64,000 bases of DNA. Origin: Paludibacteraceae bacterium (lineage in GTDB: Bacteria > Bacteroidota > Bacteroidia > Bacteroidales > Paludibacteraceae). The notes beneath the pieces were generated by a model. The model had not been told where the DNA came from. It saw only the letters and a program-made list of their open reading frames with translations, and did no database searches. The position numbers and the translations under genes are program-made. Positions within the stretch are counted from its first letter, which is position 1. Each line of letters opens with the position of its first letter. Location: positions 11,434 to 75,433 of the forward strand of contig JAZNMH010000027.1 of assembly GCA_045579505.1 (NCBI GenBank), given 5' to 3'. This document shows positions 43,205 to 52,862 of this stretch, one piece after another.

Positions 43205-44212
43205 TTGAGAGTTTTGAGTTTCCAACAGAAAATATGGCTCGTGGTATGGGTGTTGTTTGTTAGTACAACGCTCAATTGTGTGTCGGCAAAGTCCATAGAC
43301 ACAGATACACTCGCTATAGAGCAACAGCAACAGTTCCTCTACTATTTCTATGAGGCTGAGCGACTTATCCAACTACAGAAGATAGAGGAAGCCAAACCTG
43401 TAGTGGAGTTCTGCTATGCCCTCAACCCCAACGATGCCACCATAAACAACTACATGGGGCTCTATGCACAAGCCGAGCAAGACACCTCGGCTATGGCTAC
43501 TTATTTCCGTCGTGCCTACGAACTGAACCCAAAAGAGTATTGGTACAACCACCACGTTCTGCAACTGCAAAGCGATAACAAGAAAGTCCAACAACAGGCC
43601 GTCCAACAATTGGCTGCGTTAGCCAAGGATGACACGACCAATGTCGAACTGCACGAGATACTGCAAAAAGCGTACATCATGCTTCAGCAATACCGCCAGG
43701 CGCTCGAAACGCAAGACCGATTGGACTCTATCAATGGCTACGATGCCATGAGTGCCATGCAACGCTACCGCCTCAACGCGATGATGCGCAACAACAAACA
43801 GGCTATTTACGAGATAGAACGATACTTGGAGCTTGACCCCGACAACTATCAGTTCCAAGTCTTTCGTATGCAACTCTATGAGCAGACCCAACAACCACCT
43901 GCCAAGATGATTCCTGCTTACGAGGCTGTACTTCGTATGGACTCACGCAACATAGTTGTCATGAATAACTTGGCATGGAACCTGTGCCTCATACGCAAAG
44001 ACTTATTGCGTGCCGAGCAACTCTCTCGCACCACTATCATGCGCGATCCCACCAATCCTATTTACCTCGACACCTACGCTTGGATTATGCACCTACTGGG
44101 CGACTGCGAATCTGCCCTCTTTTATATCAAACGCGCTATAGAACATAGCATCAAGGAAATAGATAAAGAGATACGGCAACATTATAAGGAAATAAAGAAA
44201 AAATGCAAGTAA
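43205..44212 (+). CDS. TPR-repeat protein
   Basis: 335 aa with repeated TPR-like helices. The start is a TTG and uncertain. The order dut, TPR, DUF4292, M23 is conserved in Bacteroidales. Confidence 0.65.
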   Translation: MRVLSFQQKIWLVVWVLFVSTTLNCVSAKSIDTDTLAIEQQQQFLYYFYEAERLIQLQKIEEAKPVVEFCYALNPNDATINNYMGLYAQAEQDTSAMATYFRRAYELNPKEYWYNHHVLQLQSDNKKVQQQAVQQLAALAKDDTTNVELHEILQKAYIMLQQYRQALETQDRLDSINGYDAMSAMQRYRLNAMMRNNKQAIYEIERYLELDPDNYQFQVFRMQLYEQTQQPPAKMIPAYEAVLRMDSRNIVVMNNLAWNLCLIRKDLLRAEQLSRTTIMRDPTNPIYLDTYAWIMHLLGDCESALFYIKRAIEHSIKEIDKEIRQHYKEIKKKCK

Positions 44213-44742
44213 AACGACTACTCATACCCGCTCTGCTGATTATCATTACGGTAGTCCTCTCCTCTTGTGCCACCAGTCGCCGTGCTACCTCGCGCTACCA
44301 GACCCTCTCTGAGCGTGCACAAGTCACGCTCACGTTGGACCAACGCCAATACACTATGAGTAGCCAAGTACGCATTTGGCGCAACGAGTTGGCTATCGTT
44401 TCGGTGCAACCCATGTTAGGCATCGAGATGATACGCATGGAAGCCACCACCGATAGCCTGTGGATATTCGATAAAATGAATCGCAAATATGTGGTGCTTT
44501 CCTACCCCGAACTGCAACACCTACTCAACACCCACATATCCTACAAGACCATTCAGGATTTCCTAACACGCTCTTCGGCGAAAGGCAAAGACCCTATACA
44601 ACTGCATTTCACCTCGGGCAAACATCAACTCTCTGTGTTATGCACGTTCTCCCACCGAGAGCAGAACACATTGCAAGCACCCACACGCACAAGAACCGAT
44701 AAATATCAACAAGTTACACTTCGAGAAATACTACCACTATGA
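44203..44742 (+). CDS. DUF4292-like lipoprotein
   Basis: 179 aa with lipobox VLSSC. It overlaps both neighbours (10 nt and 4 nt). The call rests mainly on conserved gene order. Confidence 0.55.
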   Translation: MQVKRLLIPALLIIITVVLSSCATSRRATSRYQTLSERAQVTLTLDQRQYTMSSQVRIWRNELAIVSVQPMLGIEMIRMEATTDSLWIFDKMNRKYVVLSYPELQHLLNTHISYKTIQDFLTRSSAKGKDPIQLHFTSGKHQLSVLCTFSHREQNTLQAPTRTRTDKYQQVTLREILPL

Positions 44743-45905
44743 AATTGAGAATCATTGTTTACATACTCTGTCTATTGGTATTACCTGCCACTGCGCAAAA
44801 CATAAAGGAGTTGCAACGCCAGCAGCAGGAATTGCAGGAGCAGTTGGCTGAAACTGCCAAGATGCTCAAGCAAACCAAACAAAACGAGACGGCTACCGAG
44901 AACAAACTCAACCTTTTGAACAACGACATCAAAACGCGCAAGAAACTCATCCGCAACATTCAGGGCGAAATCAACGCCCTCAACGGAGAGATGGGCACCC
45001 TGCGACAGAAACGTACTGACTTGCAAAAGGAGTTAGAGGCATGCAAGGAAGACTATGCTCGCCTTGTCCGCGAAACGCACTACGCCGATATGCAGCAATC
45101 GCCTCTGCTATTCCTGCTATCAGCCAACAACTTCCAGCAATTGGTGCGCCGAGTACAATACATGCAGCAGTTTGCTGCCTATCGCAAAGAACAAGTCAAG
45201 AAAATCGAATCACTACAAACCGAAATCGACATTCAGAACAACCTGCTCTCTCAGCGCAAAAACGACCGCTCCACGGCGCTACAATCACAAAAACGCGAGC
45301 AAGACAAACTCACACGCGATGAACGCAAACAAAAAGACATGCTCAAATCGCTGAAGAAACAGGAGAAAAACCTACTCGCCAAACAAAAAGAGCAACAGAA
45401 GAAAGTGGACGCACTCAACAAGCAGATAGAGGAACTGATTGCCAAGCAAGTACGCACTACAACCACGCTAACGAAAGAGCAACAACTCATTGCAGGTGGC
45501 TTTGAAGCCAACCAAGGACGACTACCTTGGCCTGTGGAGAAAGGGTACATTAGCGGACACTTTGGCAAACACCAACATCCCGTACATGAGCACGTAACCA
45601 TTAACAACAAAGGTCTTTACCTACAAACAGTCAGCGGAGCCAATGCACGTGCTATCTACGAGGGAGAAGTTACCAGCTGCGCATTGGTAGGAGATGCCTA
45701 TGCCGTTATCGTGCAACATGGTAACTACCGCAGCGTTTATTCCCCACTCAAAAAACTGCATGTCAAACAAGGCGACAAACTCGCTGCCAAACAAGTCATT
45801 GGCGAGATTGTTACCAACACCAACGACGACAACAAAACGGAACTATATTTCCAAATCTATAAAGACCGTACTATCCTCAACCCCAGCTTGTGGTTGGCAC
45901 AATAA
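44739..45905 (+). CDS. EnvC-like murein hydrolase activator / M23 (LytM) family protein
   Basis: 388 aa with a long Q/K-rich coiled coil followed by a C-terminal LytM-type domain (GKHQHPVHEHVTINNKGLYL...VIVQHGNYRSVYSPL...GDKLAAKQVIGEI). Confidence 0.85.
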   Translation: MKLRIIVYILCLLVLPATAQNIKELQRQQQELQEQLAETAKMLKQTKQNETATENKLNLLNNDIKTRKKLIRNIQGEINALNGEMGTLRQKRTDLQKELEACKEDYARLVRETHYADMQQSPLLFLLSANNFQQLVRRVQYMQQFAAYRKEQVKKIESLQTEIDIQNNLLSQRKNDRSTALQSQKREQDKLTRDERKQKDMLKSLKKQEKNLLAKQKEQQKKVDALNKQIEELIAKQVRTTTTLTKEQQLIAGGFEANQGRLPWPVEKGYISGHFGKHQHPVHEHVTINNKGLYLQTVSGANARAIYEGEVTSCALVGDAYAVIVQHGNYRSVYSPLKKLHVKQGDKLAAKQVIGEIVTNTNDDNKTELYFQIYKDRTILNPSLWLAQ

Positions 45906-45914
45906 TTAGGAAAC

Positions 45915-45950
45915 CGGACGCCAGCAACTGGACGCCAGATGCCGGAAGCC
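45915..45950. repeat. Short array of the CCGGnAGCCAGAyG 14-mer family (2.6 units)
   Basis: It reads ccggacgccagcaa / ctggacgccagatg / ccggaagcc. It belongs to the same word family as the long array at 59206-59319. Confidence 0.75.
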
Positions 45951-45965
45951 CAAAAAACAAACGAT

Positions 45966-46436
45966 ATGAAAACAACAAAAATACTAAGCCTCATTTTGCT
46001 GGTGGTACTGGCAACAGGCTGCAAAAGAGACAACTGGTTAGACTGGAAAATGCAAAACGAACTATGGCTTGCACAAAATGCACAGCACGATAGTATTGTA
46101 ACAACCCCTACAGGATTGCAATACAAGTGTATTGAAGCAGGTTGGGACAAATCCGCACGCCCAGACGATGCCAAGATGGTGACCATTGATTATAAGGGTC
46201 AGCTAATCAACGGGTATACATTCGACTCTGTTCAAGTGGCTCAAATGTATGTCGGTTCCGTAGTTCCAGGCTTTGCCGAAGGACTCAAAAAGATGAACCA
46301 GTTTGGCGAGTACGAGTTTTATATCCCTTACTATTTGGGATATGGTCAAAGTGGCACAGGCACAGAGGGTACAGAGAAATTTATTCCTCCCTACTCTACA
46401 CTCATTTTCCGTGTCTATCTGCATAGCGTAAACTGA
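45966..46436 (+). CDS. FKBP-type peptidyl-prolyl cis-trans isomerase, lipoprotein
   Basis: 156 aa counted from the ATG at 45966 (MKTTKILSLILLVVLATGC). The FKBP core is VTIDYKGQLINGYTFDS...VPGFAEGLKKM...YIPYYLGYG. Confidence 0.88.
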   Translation: MKTTKILSLILLVVLATGCKRDNWLDWKMQNELWLAQNAQHDSIVTTPTGLQYKCIEAGWDKSARPDDAKMVTIDYKGQLINGYTFDSVQVAQMYVGSVVPGFAEGLKKMNQFGEYEFYIPYYLGYGQSGTGTEGTEKFIPPYSTLIFRVYLHSVN

Positions 46437-46891
46437 TGAAACAGATTGGCAAGACCCTTCTCCTACTGCTGGTACTTTCCTCTTGCGAGGACATGAACTG
46501 GCAGAGTTCCGTGCCTTATATGCCCGTGAACTATACCTTGTATATCACTAGCAGGCACCCACATTTTGTAGTGGAGAATGGATTCCAAACTATGTCCATT
46601 ACCGAGAAACAACTCCCTAATGAATATCTTGGTTATGCAGGCCTATTGGTCTGGGTGGGTATGGACAACCAATACTATGCGGCTGACCTATGTTGCCCCC
46701 ATTGTCTAAAGCGCAACAAGCCCTTGCAGGTGGACGGACTATATGCTGTATGCCCCATTTGCAGCGAACAGTTCGACATCAGTTACGGCATCTGCAACCC
46801 CACACAAGGAGTAACCAAAGAGCCACTACAACGATACAACACCTCCTTCCGCATGAAAGCGACGGGTAACGAACTATATATTTTCAACTAA
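46436..46891 (+). CDS. Hypothetical lipoprotein with a Cys-rich motif (Rieske-like but incomplete)
   Basis: 151 aa with lipobox VLSSC. The motif is CCPHC-x16-CPIC. The second His of a true Rieske centre is absent. Confidence 0.5.
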   Translation: MKQIGKTLLLLLVLSSCEDMNWQSSVPYMPVNYTLYITSRHPHFVVENGFQTMSITEKQLPNEYLGYAGLLVWVGMDNQYYAADLCCPHCLKRNKPLQVDGLYAVCPICSEQFDISYGICNPTQGVTKEPLQRYNTSFRMKATGNELYIFN

Positions 46892-46893
46892 GT

Positions 46894-49800
46894 ATGCTCA
46901 GTATTTACAAGGCATCAGCAGGCAGCGGCAAGACGCACACACTCACACGAGAGTACCTCGTGATGCTCTTTCGCGATTACCAAAAACGCCGCGACCAATT
47001 CATGCCACATAGCCGCATATTGGCAGTTACTTTCACCAAGAAAGCAACAGCCGAGATGAAAGAGCGAATACTGAAAGCACTCTACACCCTTTCCACCACC
47101 CCTACCGAATCGCCCTTCTATGACAACCTTATCCACACATTCCACTTTGATACCTCTACCCTACAAAACCAAGCGCGACAACTACTCATAGCCATACTCA
47201 AAGACTATAACCACTTCTCTGTATCCACTATTGATGGCTTCTTTCAGCAGGTGATACGCACCTTTGCATTAGACTTAGGACTCCCTACCACGTATGACGT
47301 TGCCCTTGATGGCGATGAAGTAGTGCAACAAGCCGTGGATGACATCTTCCGCCGTATTCGCCTGCAACAAGAGGGCAATACGGATATTATGACATGGCTT
47401 ACCGATTTTGCAGAACATAACATGGCAGAAAACGCCAACGGAAACCTACACCGCAGCATTAGCGATTTCTCCAAACAACTCAACAAGGAGGAGGTCAAAC
47501 GACATATCGGACAACTACAATCCTTCTTTCAAGACAAAGATAATTTCAAGCATTATCAAGCACTACTCTCCAATATAATCACCACTACGAAGAAGAAGAT
47601 CGCTGCTATTCAGCAGAAAGCCCTTCCTCTTATCGACTCATACGAGGGTATCAAACAAGATGCCGTAGCCATATTCCGCAAACCCGTTCAAGAGATATTG
47701 GACAAAGGACTCAACAAAACGTTCCTCAAAGTGCTTGAGCAACCCGAGGCTTTGTGCTTAAAGAGCAAGACAACCAAGGCGCAGCAAGCAGCTATCCTCT
47801 CGCTATACGAAACAAGCCTACGCCCACTCTATCAGGCTATGGCTGACATATTCGACACAGAGATTATTGATTACTATACTGCCACAGCCATATCACAATA
47901 TCTATACACCATCGGACTGCTGCAAGACGTGGCAGACCAAATAGATAAGACCAACCGACAAATAGGGCGCATACCTATCTCTGATGTCAATATGCTCATT
48001 CATGATGTGATTGACGGACAAGAAGCACCTTTCATCTACGAACGAATGGGACAATACTTGCACCACTTCATGATTGATGAGTTTCAAGACACCAGTTCGC
48101 TGCAATGGCAGAACTTCTACCCTCTCATCAGCGAAGCAGAAGGCAAAGGCTGTGATAACCTAATCGTAGGCGATGTCAAGCAGAGTATCTACCGATGGCG
48201 CAATTCCGATTGGAAGCTGCTCAATGGCGTGCATAGCGAATTTCCCAACGTACAGCAGCCACCCATGATAGACAACTGGCGTAGTGCCAAACTGCTCATA
48301 CAGGAGAACGAACAACTTATCAGCAACTATGCCCAGTGGGTAGCCAACTATTTCGAACGCGAAGGATGGAACAACGAATCACCCTTAGCACAAATGGCTA
48401 TGTCTATCTACCATACGGTTGCCATTCATCAAGAGGCGCAAAAAGACTACCCAGGTCTCTTTCAACTACAGTTCTTCGATGCCAAAGCCGAAGACCTCAT
48501 TCAGCAGACGCTGCAAGCAGTTGATACGCAGTTGCAAACCCTCAAACAAGAAGGATGGGAGTGGAACAATATCGCCATGCTTGTCAGACGAGGCGATGAT
48601 GCCGAACTATTAGCACGCTACCTCATCGAGAAGGGCTATCCCGTAGAGTCTGCTGAGGGTATGCGCATACAATCACATCCCGCAGTACAACTGCTCGTGG
48701 CGCTCATGCAACAGCATGTGCAACCCGACAACGAGGTGGTTCAGCATATCATACGCAATCTACATGCGCCATTCACCCAAGAACAGACTACGGCTATCAA
48801 TCAGGCATTTGCCCTACCCCTCTACGAGGCCGTACAGCAACTCATCACTCTGCTGCAATTATCCAAGCAAGCAGGCGCACTACCTTATCTCACGGCATTC
48901 CAAGACCAAGTATATCAATTCACCCAGAAACGTGTATCCGACCTCCCCGCCTTCCTCGAGTATTGGGAAAAGAAAGCACTCAAAGCCACTATCCCCTCCT
49001 CACCTGTCATCAATGCAATACGTATTCTGACTATTCATAGTTCCAAAGGATTGGAGTTCGACATTGTCATGTTGCCATTCCTCAATTGGGATATTCAGCG
49101 CACACACCAAGGCGAAATATTTTGGTGCCTACCACAAACTGCTCCTTTCAACCAAATGCCACTCGTGGCGGTGCCACTATCTTCCAAACTACTCAAGACA
49201 CACTTCAAAAAAGAATACATCAACGAGATTATATCGCAATACATTGATAATCTCAACCTAACATACGTTGCCTTCACACGTCCTAAAATGCGCCTATATG
49301 CCTACGGACAGATATACACCACGACCAAGGACAACAAACCACAAATCAGCAAAATCAGCCATCTACTCTCCTACCTATACGACCAAGTGATAGCAGAAAA
49401 CTCTTTACTCTGCAACGAGGATAACATATACACCTATACCCAAGCCGATGATGACCAAACACGCAAGCCATCCGATCCCGAAAAGAATAATACCCGTCAG
49501 GCACAATACATATCTTCACCCATCGGCAATCGCCTCATGCTGCGTAGCCGAGCAGAAGATGACTTTGCTCAGGATACACCTCTTGACACCATAGACTTAG
49601 GTATCCTGATGCACGAGTGGTTAGCACAAATCCACACATGGCAAGATGCACAACCTGCTATTGAGCGCATGGTAGCCGAAGGGCGAATCACACGCGCTCA
49701 ACAAAACACTATGCAACAGCAACTGCAAGCCCTACAACAACTCTTGCAGCGCGAGGGGAAAGAACATTGGTTCATTGCTCCTAACATCGTGCGCAACGAG

Positions 49801-50019
49801 ATGGACATTCTCACCACTACGGGCAAAACGCAACGCCCAGACCGTGTCATGATTGATGGCAACACAGCCACCGTCATTGATTACAAGTTCGGACAAGAAC
49901 ACCCTGCTACCTATCAAGAGCAATTACGCAACTACATCCTACTGCTCCAGCAAATGGGTTATACCGTAGAAGCATACCTCGTATATGTAGCACAACAAAA
50001 AATAGAACAAATCAAATAA
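46894..50019 (+). CDS. UvrD/AddA-type helicase fused to a C-terminal PD-(D/E)XK nuclease
   Basis: 1041 aa with Walker A ASAGSGKTHTLT, helicase motifs DEFQDTS, VGDVKQSIYRWR and TIHSSKGLEF. The C-terminal nuclease motif is RPDRVMIDGNTATVIDYKFG. Confidence 0.88.
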   Translation: MLSIYKASAGSGKTHTLTREYLVMLFRDYQKRRDQFMPHSRILAVTFTKKATAEMKERILKALYTLSTTPTESPFYDNLIHTFHFDTSTLQNQARQLLIAILKDYNHFSVSTIDGFFQQVIRTFALDLGLPTTYDVALDGDEVVQQAVDDIFRRIRLQQEGNTDIMTWLTDFAEHNMAENANGNLHRSISDFSKQLNKEEVKRHIGQLQSFFQDKDNFKHYQALLSNIITTTKKKIAAIQQKALPLIDSYEGIKQDAVAIFRKPVQEILDKGLNKTFLKVLEQPEALCLKSKTTKAQQAAILSLYETSLRPLYQAMADIFDTEIIDYYTATAISQYLYTIGLLQDVADQIDKTNRQIGRIPISDVNMLIHDVIDGQEAPFIYERMGQYLHHFMIDEFQDTSSLQWQNFYPLISEAEGKGCDNLIVGDVKQSIYRWRNSDWKLLNGVHSEFPNVQQPPMIDNWRSAKLLIQENEQLISNYAQWVANYFEREGWNNESPLAQMAMSIYHTVAIHQEAQKDYPGLFQLQFFDAKAEDLIQQTLQAVDTQLQTLKQEGWEWNNIAMLVRRGDDAELLARYLIEKGYPVESAEGMRIQSHPAVQLLVALMQQHVQPDNEVVQHIIRNLHAPFTQEQTTAINQAFALPLYEAVQQLITLLQLSKQAGALPYLTAFQDQVYQFTQKRVSDLPAFLEYWEKKALKATIPSSPVINAIRILTIHSSKGLEFDIVMLPFLNWDIQRTHQGEIFWCLPQTAPFNQMPLVAVPLSSKLLKTHFKKEYINEIISQYIDNLNLTYVAFTRPKMRLYAYGQIYTTTKDNKPQISKISHLLSYLYDQVIAENSLLCNEDNIYTYTQADDDQTRKPSDPEKNNTRQAQYISSPIGNRLMLRSRAEDDFAQDTPLDTIDLGILMHEWLAQIHTWQDAQPAIERMVAEGRITRAQQNTMQQQLQALQQLLQREGKEHWFIAPNIVRNEMDILTTTGKTQRPDRVMIDGNTATVIDYKFGQEHPATYQEQLRNYILLLQQMGYTVEAYLVYVAQQKIEQIK

Positions 50020-50023
50020 ACGA

Positions 50024-50533
50024 ATGATAACCAACGAGCAAGTCATATCTATTGGCAAAATCACTCGCACACACGGCAAGCGTGGCGAGATACAATGCCT
50101 TACGAGCAACGAGTATTGGGATAATGCAGATGCTACATTCCTCATCCTCAGCATTGATAATATCCTTGTACCCTTCCGTGTACTTGATTGGCGAGGCAAG
50201 GGCAGCGATTCTCTTATCTTCCAACTCGACCATATCACCGATGAGCAAACAGCCCAACCACTCATTGGTTGCCCTGCCTATATGCTCCTATCCGATATGA
50301 ACGAAGAAGACGAAGTCATGCCTACATGGCAAAGCCTCTTAGGCTATCGTGTCATAGATACCGACCAAGGCGAACTCGGAACAATCACCCACGTAGATGA
50401 AACAACAATCAATACCCTCATCACTCTCAACAACAACCAATTGATTCCACTACATGAGGACTTTATCATCCATATCGAACCTGACAAACAACTAATTACT
50501 ATTTGTTTACCATTCATATTCACAAAAGAATAA
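50024..50533 (+). CDS. rimM: 16S rRNA processing protein RimM
   Basis: 169 aa. The N-terminal IGKITRTHGKRGEI is followed by a PRC-barrel-like C-terminus. Confidence 0.85.
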   Translation: MITNEQVISIGKITRTHGKRGEIQCLTSNEYWDNADATFLILSIDNILVPFRVLDWRGKGSDSLIFQLDHITDEQTAQPLIGCPAYMLLSDMNEEDEVMPTWQSLLGYRVIDTDQGELGTITHVDETTINTLITLNNNQLIPLHEDFIIHIEPDKQLITICLPFIFTKE

Positions 50534-50536
50534 ATC

Positions 50537-51064
50537 ATGCAGAAGACTACCATACAAGAGATGAACCGCCTCACCCCAGAGGCTTTTCACGAAGCACAGA
50601 AGGTGCCACTCATTGTGGTACTTGATAATGTCCGCAGCCAGCACAATATAGGTGCAGTCTTCCGCACTGCTGATGCTTTCTGCCTACAAGGTGTATGGCT
50701 ATGCGGTATATGCTGCTGCCCACCCAACAATGAGATTCACAAGACGGCTCTCGGTGCCGAACTCACTGTCGATTGGCGATATTTCGAACAGACCATTGAT
50801 GCAGTCAAAGCCCTACAAGCTGACGGTTACACCGTTTATGCCATAGAGCAAGCACACGGAGCAACCATGCTCAATGACCTGCAACTACCTCAGCACCAAA
50901 AGACGGCCATTATTATGGGGCACGAGGTGTTTGGTGTGCAACAGGAGGTAGTCGATGCCGCCAATGGTTGCATTGAGATTCCGCAGTATGGCACCAAACA
51001 CTCGCTCAATGTCAGTGTTACTGCAGGCATCGTAATGTATGAACTCAGCAATATGCTCCGCTAA
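50537..51064 (+). CDS. SpoU/TrmH-family RNA 2'-O-methyltransferase
   Basis: 175 aa with the motifs NIGAVFRTADAF, IIMGHEVFGV and IPQYGTKHSLNVSVTAGIVMYE. Confidence 0.85.
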   Translation: MQKTTIQEMNRLTPEAFHEAQKVPLIVVLDNVRSQHNIGAVFRTADAFCLQGVWLCGICCCPPNNEIHKTALGAELTVDWRYFEQTIDAVKALQADGYTVYAIEQAHGATMLNDLQLPQHQKTAIIMGHEVFGVQQEVVDAANGCIEIPQYGTKHSLNVSVTAGIVMYELSNMLR

Positions 51065-51081
51065 ATAGTACAATATAAATC

Positions 51082-51109
51082 GTAAATAGTAAATTGTCCA
51101 ATCGCAAAT
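51082..51109. repeat. 28-nt heptamer-array element (GTAAATA GTAAATT GTCCAAT CGCAAAT), copy 1
   Basis: It shares 24 of 28 nt with 52616-52643. It contains the only possible start codon (TTG at 51094) of the U32 gene. A degenerate extra copy lies at 51062-51081. Confidence 0.8.
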
Positions 51110-52623
51110 TAACATTACTGGCTCCAGCCCGCAATCTGGAAGTAGGTATAGCAGCCATTCAGGCGGGTGCCGATGCGGTGTATATTGGTGCACCAGAGTT
51201 CGGCGCACGCCAAGCAGCAAGCAACTCATTAGAGGATATTGCCCAATTGGTCAAATATGCACATCGCTTTGGTGTGCAAGTATTGGTTACGCTCAACACC
51301 CTGCTCCACGAAGACGAGTACCCTCGCGCATGCGCGCTCGCGCACGAACTATATAATATAGGAGTAGATGCACTCATCATTCAGGACCTACATTTATTAG
51401 ACTACGACTTACCACCTATTCGCCTGCATGCCTCTACGCAATGCGACAACCGCACCCCCGAACAGGTACTTCGCTTGCAGCAACTCGGGTTCCGTCGCGC
51501 CGTACTCGCCCGCGAACTCTCTATTGAACAAATCAAAGAAATCAACAACGCCATACAATCCCACACCACCCTACACCATCCTACGCCACACATCGAACTC
51601 GAAGCCTTCGTCCACGGCGCCCTCTGCGTGAGTTATAGTGGTCGTTGCTACCTATCCGAAGTACTAATGAATCGGAGTGCCAATCGTGGCTGCTGTGCAC
51701 AACCCTGCCGCCAACGCTACGACCTATTGGACAAAGATGGCAACGAGATTATAGATGACAACGGACAACCTATCCACCAACGCTACCTATTATCGCTGCA
51801 AGACATGGACCGCAGTCTCTATCTTGCCGAAATGATAGAGGCAGGCATAACCACCTTCAAGATTGAAGGACGACTCAAGGACCGCGATTATGTGACCAAC
51901 ATTGTCGCATACTACCGACAATTGCTTGACCAATTGATAGACAGCAATCCCACCTTGCAACACGCTTCCACTCGCTCTGTCTATCAATACGACTTTACCC
52001 CCAACCCCGCCAAGACCTTCCACCGCGGACAGACCGACTATTTCCTTCACGGTCGAATACCCAACATGGCGAACTGGCAAACACCCAAATCCACAGGCGA
52101 GAAGATTGGCAAAATCATAGCCATTAAGCAGAACGCTATGCGCGTGCAACTACTTCCTCACATCACCTTGCATAACGGTGACGGCATATGCTACGAAGAC
52201 AAAGGTTTTGCCATTAATAGAATAGAAGGCGATTGGCTATACCCCAATATTCGGGTATCGGATATGGGTCATGGGCTATTGGGTGCTACGCTATATCGCA
52301 ATATGGATAACGAGTTCCTGCGTTCATTGAAGACGGAGCGTCGTATTCCTGTAGATATCCGCTTTGAGACCATAGCAGGCGGTTACCGCCTAACTATCGG
52401 AAATGATAGTGCTGTCTTTGAGGCAGATTACCAGCCAGCCAGCAATCCCACACGCGCGCTACAAACCATCCAGCAGCAACTTAGCAAACTCGGCGACACC
52501 GATTTTATAGCCAACAGCATTACTATCATAGCAAACGGCGAAACGTGCACGACCGAGTTCCCCTATTTCATACCTATCAGTCAAATCAACCAATGGCGCA
52601 GAGAAATAATAAATGGTAAATAG
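51094..52623 (+). CDS. U32-family peptidase (DUF3656-type long form), main ORF; the 3' end appears interrupted
   Basis: 509 aa. LLAPARNLEVGIAAIQAGADAVYIGAPEFGAR, RLHASTQ, EAFVHGALCVSYSGRCYLS and FKIEGRLK are typical U32 blocks. The start is a TTG, and an in-frame stop lies 6 nt upstream. The gene ends at a TAG inside a repeat element. Confidence 0.85.
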   Translation: MSNRKLTLLAPARNLEVGIAAIQAGADAVYIGAPEFGARQAASNSLEDIAQLVKYAHRFGVQVLVTLNTLLHEDEYPRACALAHELYNIGVDALIIQDLHLLDYDLPPIRLHASTQCDNRTPEQVLRLQQLGFRRAVLARELSIEQIKEINNAIQSHTTLHHPTPHIELEAFVHGALCVSYSGRCYLSEVLMNRSANRGCCAQPCRQRYDLLDKDGNEIIDDNGQPIHQRYLLSLQDMDRSLYLAEMIEAGITTFKIEGRLKDRDYVTNIVAYYRQLLDQLIDSNPTLQHASTRSVYQYDFTPNPAKTFHRGQTDYFLHGRIPNMANWQTPKSTGEKIGKIIAIKQNAMRVQLLPHITLHNGDGICYEDKGFAINRIEGDWLYPNIRVSDMGHGLLGATLYRNMDNEFLRSLKTERRIPVDIRFETIAGGYRLTIGNDSAVFEADYQPASNPTRALQTIQQQLSKLGDTDFIANSITIIANGETCTTEFPYFIPISQINQWRREIINGK

Positions 52624-52807
52624 TAAATTGTCAAATAGTAAATCCCTCATGACTTGTAAGTATTGCATACTCTACGAGTTAGGGCATTGTCGTAAAACCA
52701 ACCCTATGGCCAACGAACCACGCTATCTTCGTTTGCAGAATGGCACTATCCTCACATTGGAGTTCGACTGCAAAAACTGCGAAATGCGTATCTATAAACA
52801 ACACTGA
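52613..52807 (+). CDS. Probable detached C-terminal segment of the U32 gene (different frame)
   Basis: 64 aa carrying CKYCILYELGHC ... CKNC Cys motifs. It overlaps the end of the main ORF by 11 nt and lies in the next reading frame (the two ORFs join if the sequence between them is shortened by 1 nt modulo 3). It has no promoter of its own. Confidence 0.4.
   Translation: MVNSKLSNSKSLMTCKYCILYELGHCRKTNPMANEPRYLRLQNGTILTLEFDCKNCEMRIYKQH
52616..52643. repeat. 28-nt heptamer-array element (GTAAATA GTAAATT GTCAAAT AGTAAAT), copy 2
   Basis: It is four 7-nt units. It supplies the stop codon of ORF 51094-52623 and the first codons after the ATG at 52613 of the next-frame ORF. Confidence 0.8.
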
Positions 52808-52862
52808 ACGATACTCAACAATGCTAAACAGCTCGCTTGCGAGCAATGAACAACACAATATT

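Noticed and set aside
39802-43214. Inverted copies of AATTAAGAATT(G)AGAG (39802-39817 and 43199-43214) as the ends of an invertible 3.4-kb segment
   Set aside because: The arms are only about 15 nt, AT-rich and part of a low-complexity word family. The enclosed genes (rsfS, ECF sigma, lipid kinase, dut) are housekeeping genes with their own promoters. No recombinase is nearby.
46436-46891. Rieske [2Fe-2S] protein call for the 151-aa lipoprotein
   Set aside because: The motif is CPH-x16-CPIC and the second histidine ligand is missing. A lipoprotein context would also be unusual. I left it as hypothetical.
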